Assembly (NCBI GenBank): GCA_016927565.1
Contig: JAFGMK010000019.1
Coordinates: 1 to 57,242, forward strand
From: Minisyncoccota bacterium
Lineage (GTDB): Bacteria > Patescibacteriota > Microgenomatia > PFEM01 > JAFGMK01
Reading direction: 5' to 3'
Length of the DNA stretch: 57,242 nt
Shown here: positions 54,640 to 57,242 of the stretch, piece by piece
Numbering within the stretch: position 1 is the stretch's first letter
Layout of the letters: every line of letters starts with the position of its first letter
Notes under the pieces: model-generated
What the model was told of the DNA's origin: nothing
Seen by the model: only the letters and a program-made list of their open reading frames with translations
Database searches by the model: none
Translations under genes and position numbers: made by a program

Positions 54640-56610
54640 ATGTCAAACCTTTTAAAATTTCTTCTTTTTAGTTATTTTTTTCTATATTTGCCCGGGAGGT
54701 TGATTCTTTCCCGATTAAAATTTGAATTTAACCGATTAGAGAAAATTGTTCTTCCTTTGGTTTTGGGAATTGCTGTCCTGATTCTCTTGGCCTTTGTTTT
54801 TGGTTGGTTGGGGGAGCGGGAATGGTTGAAGGTTGTCTTGGGGTTGCTGGGGTTTGGGGGAGCTTTATCCGCGCTTCGGGGTAGGGCTAAAAAGGGGAAA
54901 ATTAAAAAAATAAACGGGTTGGTGTTGGGTTTGATCATTCTGGCGACTATCTGCCAGAGTTTAGTGATGGTCAGCAGCGGCCGGCTTCGCCGCGAAGGAG
55001 TTGTTTTCTGGGGAGTGAGCGGCCATGACGGCCTTTGGCATTTGACTTTAATTCAAGAATTGGCCCAAACTGAAAAGTTTCCCGGTCAGAATCCGGGTTA
55101 TGCCGGCGAATCTCTTAAAAATTACCATTTCTTTTATGATCTTCTGATCGCAGAAAGTTACCGACTGACAAGAATTCCCCTGATGGAGCTTTTTTTTCGT
55201 TACTGGGTTTTATTTTTAGGATTTTTACAAAACAGCCTGGTTTTTTGTTTTGCCAAACGCTGGTCAGGTAAAATAACTGTCGGTTTTTGGGCAATATTTT
55301 TTACTGCTTTTGCTTCAAGTTTGGGCTTTGTTCTGCCCTGGTTGGGAATTGGTTCAGAGAATTGGGAAACGGCTTTTTGGTCGATGCAGCCGGCCAGTTT
55401 TATGCAGAATCCGCCATTAGTCCTTTCGTTGGTTTTTTTAACCGGCGGATTAATCTTCTTTCTTTTTCTGGCAAAATCAAAATTAAAAAATTGGCGGTTA
55501 ATTTTGGCAATCAGCCTGCTTTTTGGCCTAATGATGGAAACCAAAGTTTACGGAGGTTTAGTTGTTTTAGTCAGTCTTTTGGTTTTGGCTTTTTGGCAAT
55601 TTGTGATTTACCGCCAAAAAAAATATTTTCTCCTTTTGAGCCTGATATTTTTGCTGGCCCTGGCAACTTATCTTCCAACCAGCCGGGCAACTGTCTCCTT
55701 TGTCAAATGGGAGCCTTTTTGGTTTATTCGGAGTGTGATTCAGGCACCGGATCGAATGAATTGGGTCAGTTGGGAGCTGAGGCGGCAGGTCTACGTCGCC
55801 CGCCAAAATCGATTAGGGATTTTTATAGTTGACAGTGTTGCCTTGGGAGCTTTTTTTATAGGTAATTTAGGCACCCGGGTTTTAGGATTGGGGCATTTTT
55901 TGAGCCGGTTCAGGGCAGGTTTAAAAGGAAGAGCGGTTGATTTGTTTTTAGGGCTTTTATTTCTGGCCGGAATTTTGCCCAGTCTTTTATTTTTGCAGGA
56001 ACATTTAGCTTGGAACACGATTCAGTTTTTTTATTTCAGCCTTTTTATCTTTTGTTTTTTTGCCGCTTTGGGAACGGATTTTCTTTTCAGAAAGTTTAAG
56101 AAAACGAGCTTGAGATTGATTTTTCTTTGTTTGCTTCTCGGGTTTTCTTTGCCCGGAACCTTAAAAACCGTCAGCTGGCATTGGAGTGAGCCGCCGGCTT
56201 CAATCGTGGATCGGTCTGAAATGGAGGCGCTTGAATTTTTAAAAAAAACTTCCCCCAAAAGTGATTTAGTTTTGACTTATCCTTATCAGGAAGGGGTTGA
56301 ACAAAAGTTCCCGCCGCCGGTGCCACTTTCATATTATAACGCGGCTTATGTTTCGTTTTTTTCCAATCGCCATCTTTATCTTGAGGATCAGACTGTAGCC
56401 AAAATCCAAGGCTACGGGCTTAACAGTCGGCTTGATAAGGTGAATTATTTTTTTAATACCAAGAATTCCTCAGAAGCAATCGGTTTTTTAAAAGCCAACC
56501 GACTCCATTTTGTCTATCTGGTTGACAATCAAAACTGGCAAGCCGATTTAAGCAGGGAGCTTGAGTTGATCTTTAAAAATCAACGTGTCCGCATCTATCA
56601 GGTGAAATAA
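54640..56610 (+). CDS. large polytopic membrane protein, paralogue B (unclassified, GT-C-like)
   Basis: FWGVSGHDGLWHLTLIQE, LKNYHFFYD, EMEALEFLKKTS... Confidence 0.65.
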   Translation: MSNLLKFLLFSYFFLYLPGRLILSRLKFEFNRLEKIVLPLVLGIAVLILLAFVFGWLGEREWLKVVLGLLGFGGALSALRGRAKKGKIKKINGLVLGLIILATICQSLVMVSSGRLRREGVVFWGVSGHDGLWHLTLIQELAQTEKFPGQNPGYAGESLKNYHFFYDLLIAESYRLTRIPLMELFFRYWVLFLGFLQNSLVFCFAKRWSGKITVGFWAIFFTAFASSLGFVLPWLGIGSENWETAFWSMQPASFMQNPPLVLSLVFLTGGLIFFLFLAKSKLKNWRLILAISLLFGLMMETKVYGGLVVLVSLLVLAFWQFVIYRQKKYFLLLSLIFLLALATYLPTSRATVSFVKWEPFWFIRSVIQAPDRMNWVSWELRRQVYVARQNRLGIFIVDSVALGAFFIGNLGTRVLGLGHFLSRFRAGLKGRAVDLFLGLLFLAGILPSLLFLQEHLAWNTIQFFYFSLFIFCFFAALGTDFLFRKFKKTSLRLIFLCLLLGFSLPGTLKTVSWHWSEPPASIVDRSEMEALEFLKKTSPKSDLVLTYPYQEGVEQKFPPPVPLSYYNAAYVSFFSNRHLYLEDQTVAKIQGYGLNSRLDKVNYFFNTKNSSEAIGFLKANRLHFVYLVDNQNWQADLSRELELIFKNQRVRIYQVK

Positions 56611-56662
56611 AGAGATTAATGGTGGAGAAATTCAGCCTTTTTTAAGTTTCTGTTCTCAAAAT

Positions 56663-56688
56663 AGTTCAATGAACTGAATCATTGAACT
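56663..56688. repeat. 26-nt perfect hairpin repeat, copy 3
   Basis: Identical 26-mer, 52 nt after the stop of the last cluster gene. Confidence 0.9.
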
Positions 56689-56849
56689 ATTTGAGGAAAA
56701 AGTACTTTTTTAAATGTTTTAACGACCCTTGAGAAAACTTTAAGAAAACTTTAAGAAACCCTTTTTTTCCAAAAATGACTGCCTAAAAAAAGATATTCCA
56801 GCCAAAAAATTATCGGAACTCCTAACAGATAAGTTGCCATTTGAACTGC

Positions 56850-57155
56850 TCAGTCTGCTTCAAGAATCCCGGCAGATAATTTTAAAATAAAATTATTTTC
56901 GTCCTTATATACACCGACGGTCAGGGTGATTAGCATAGCAAGCAGGATAAAAAAAGTAGTTAAAAGTAGCCTTGTTTTTTTATTCGACCAAGGAGATATT
57001 AAATGGCTAAACAAAAAGGCCAATAGTGCTGGCAGTAAGTAAAGAAAAAGGATTATCAGAATGAGGTTGACAAAAAGAGATAAAACAGCTTTTTCAAAAA
57101 CATTTTCCCAAAGATCAACAAAAAGAATCATTTTATCCGGCCTGAAAAAGGACAA
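56850..57155 (-). CDS. hypothetical small membrane protein
   Basis: Three hydrophobic helices; starts 17 nt after the stop of the transposase fragment. Confidence 0.45.
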   Translation of the reverse strand: MSFFRPDKMILFVDLWENVFEKAVLSLFVNLILIILFLYLLPALLAFLFSHLISPWSNKKTRLLLTTFFILLAMLITLTVGVYKDENNFILKLSAGILEAD

Positions 57156-57171
57156 GAGCTGAATTCAATGT

Positions 57172-57242
57172 TCAAATGCCCCAGCCTGTCTCCTTTTCAA
57201 ATACTTCGCTTGGGGTATAATAGCCCAGTCTTTTTCTGGGAC
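57172..57242 (-). mobile_element. 3' end of an IS30-like DDE transposase gene (truncated by the window edge)
   Basis: The minus-strand frame reads PRKRLGYYTPSEVFEKETGWGI-stop, resembling the conserved RPRK.LG..TP.EVF C-terminus of IS30-family transposases. Confidence 0.4.

Noticed and set aside
39930-56688. The three identical 26-nt hairpins as a CRISPR array
   Set aside because: There are only three copies, spaced at 462 bp and 16.2 kb with genes between them, and there are no cas genes.
1-57242. Alternative genetic code (UGA recoding as in some CPR lineages)
   Set aside because: Several well-supported genes end in TGA (for example 1380-1382, 9000-9002, 15018-15020), and an RF2 gene is present.

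Overview
The window is a 57.2-kb, gene-dense, mostly plus-strand bacterial segment. Stops include TGA and an RF2 gene is present, so the standard code 11 applies. The gene content suggests a small-genome Patescibacteria/CPR-like organism: class I LysRS, GH130, rhomboid, LemA/TPM, sortases and many polyprenyl-phosphate GT2 and GT-C glycosyltransferases. This lineage call is inference only. Housekeeping genes recognised by motif are serS, secA, prfB, ftsE/ftsX, trmD and rmlABCD. No rRNA, tRNA or CRISPR array was found. The regions worth a second look are: (1) a T-box leader with an apparent Lys (AAG) specifier. It sits ahead of an operon encoding a VanX-like dipeptidase, a GNAT-DapF fusion and a class I LysRS with a C-terminal B3/B4 domain. 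(2) An FtsEX-linked coiled-coil M23 peptidase whose catalytic domain looks circularly permuted. (3) Two sortase loci. One has a Cys-less sortase homologue. The other has an intact sortase next to an FN3 protein ending in LAGTG, and next to two secreted proteins built from an uncharacterised Asn/Gly/Thr-rich repeat. (4) A 26-nt perfect hairpin present three times. Two copies bracket a TrpR/YerC-like gene, and copies 2 and 3 bracket a 16-kb envelope-glycosylation cluster. (5) A large paralogous pair of polytopic membrane proteins in that cluster. (6) Several structured intergenic RNAs. All calls come from reading motifs by eye, and no database search was run.
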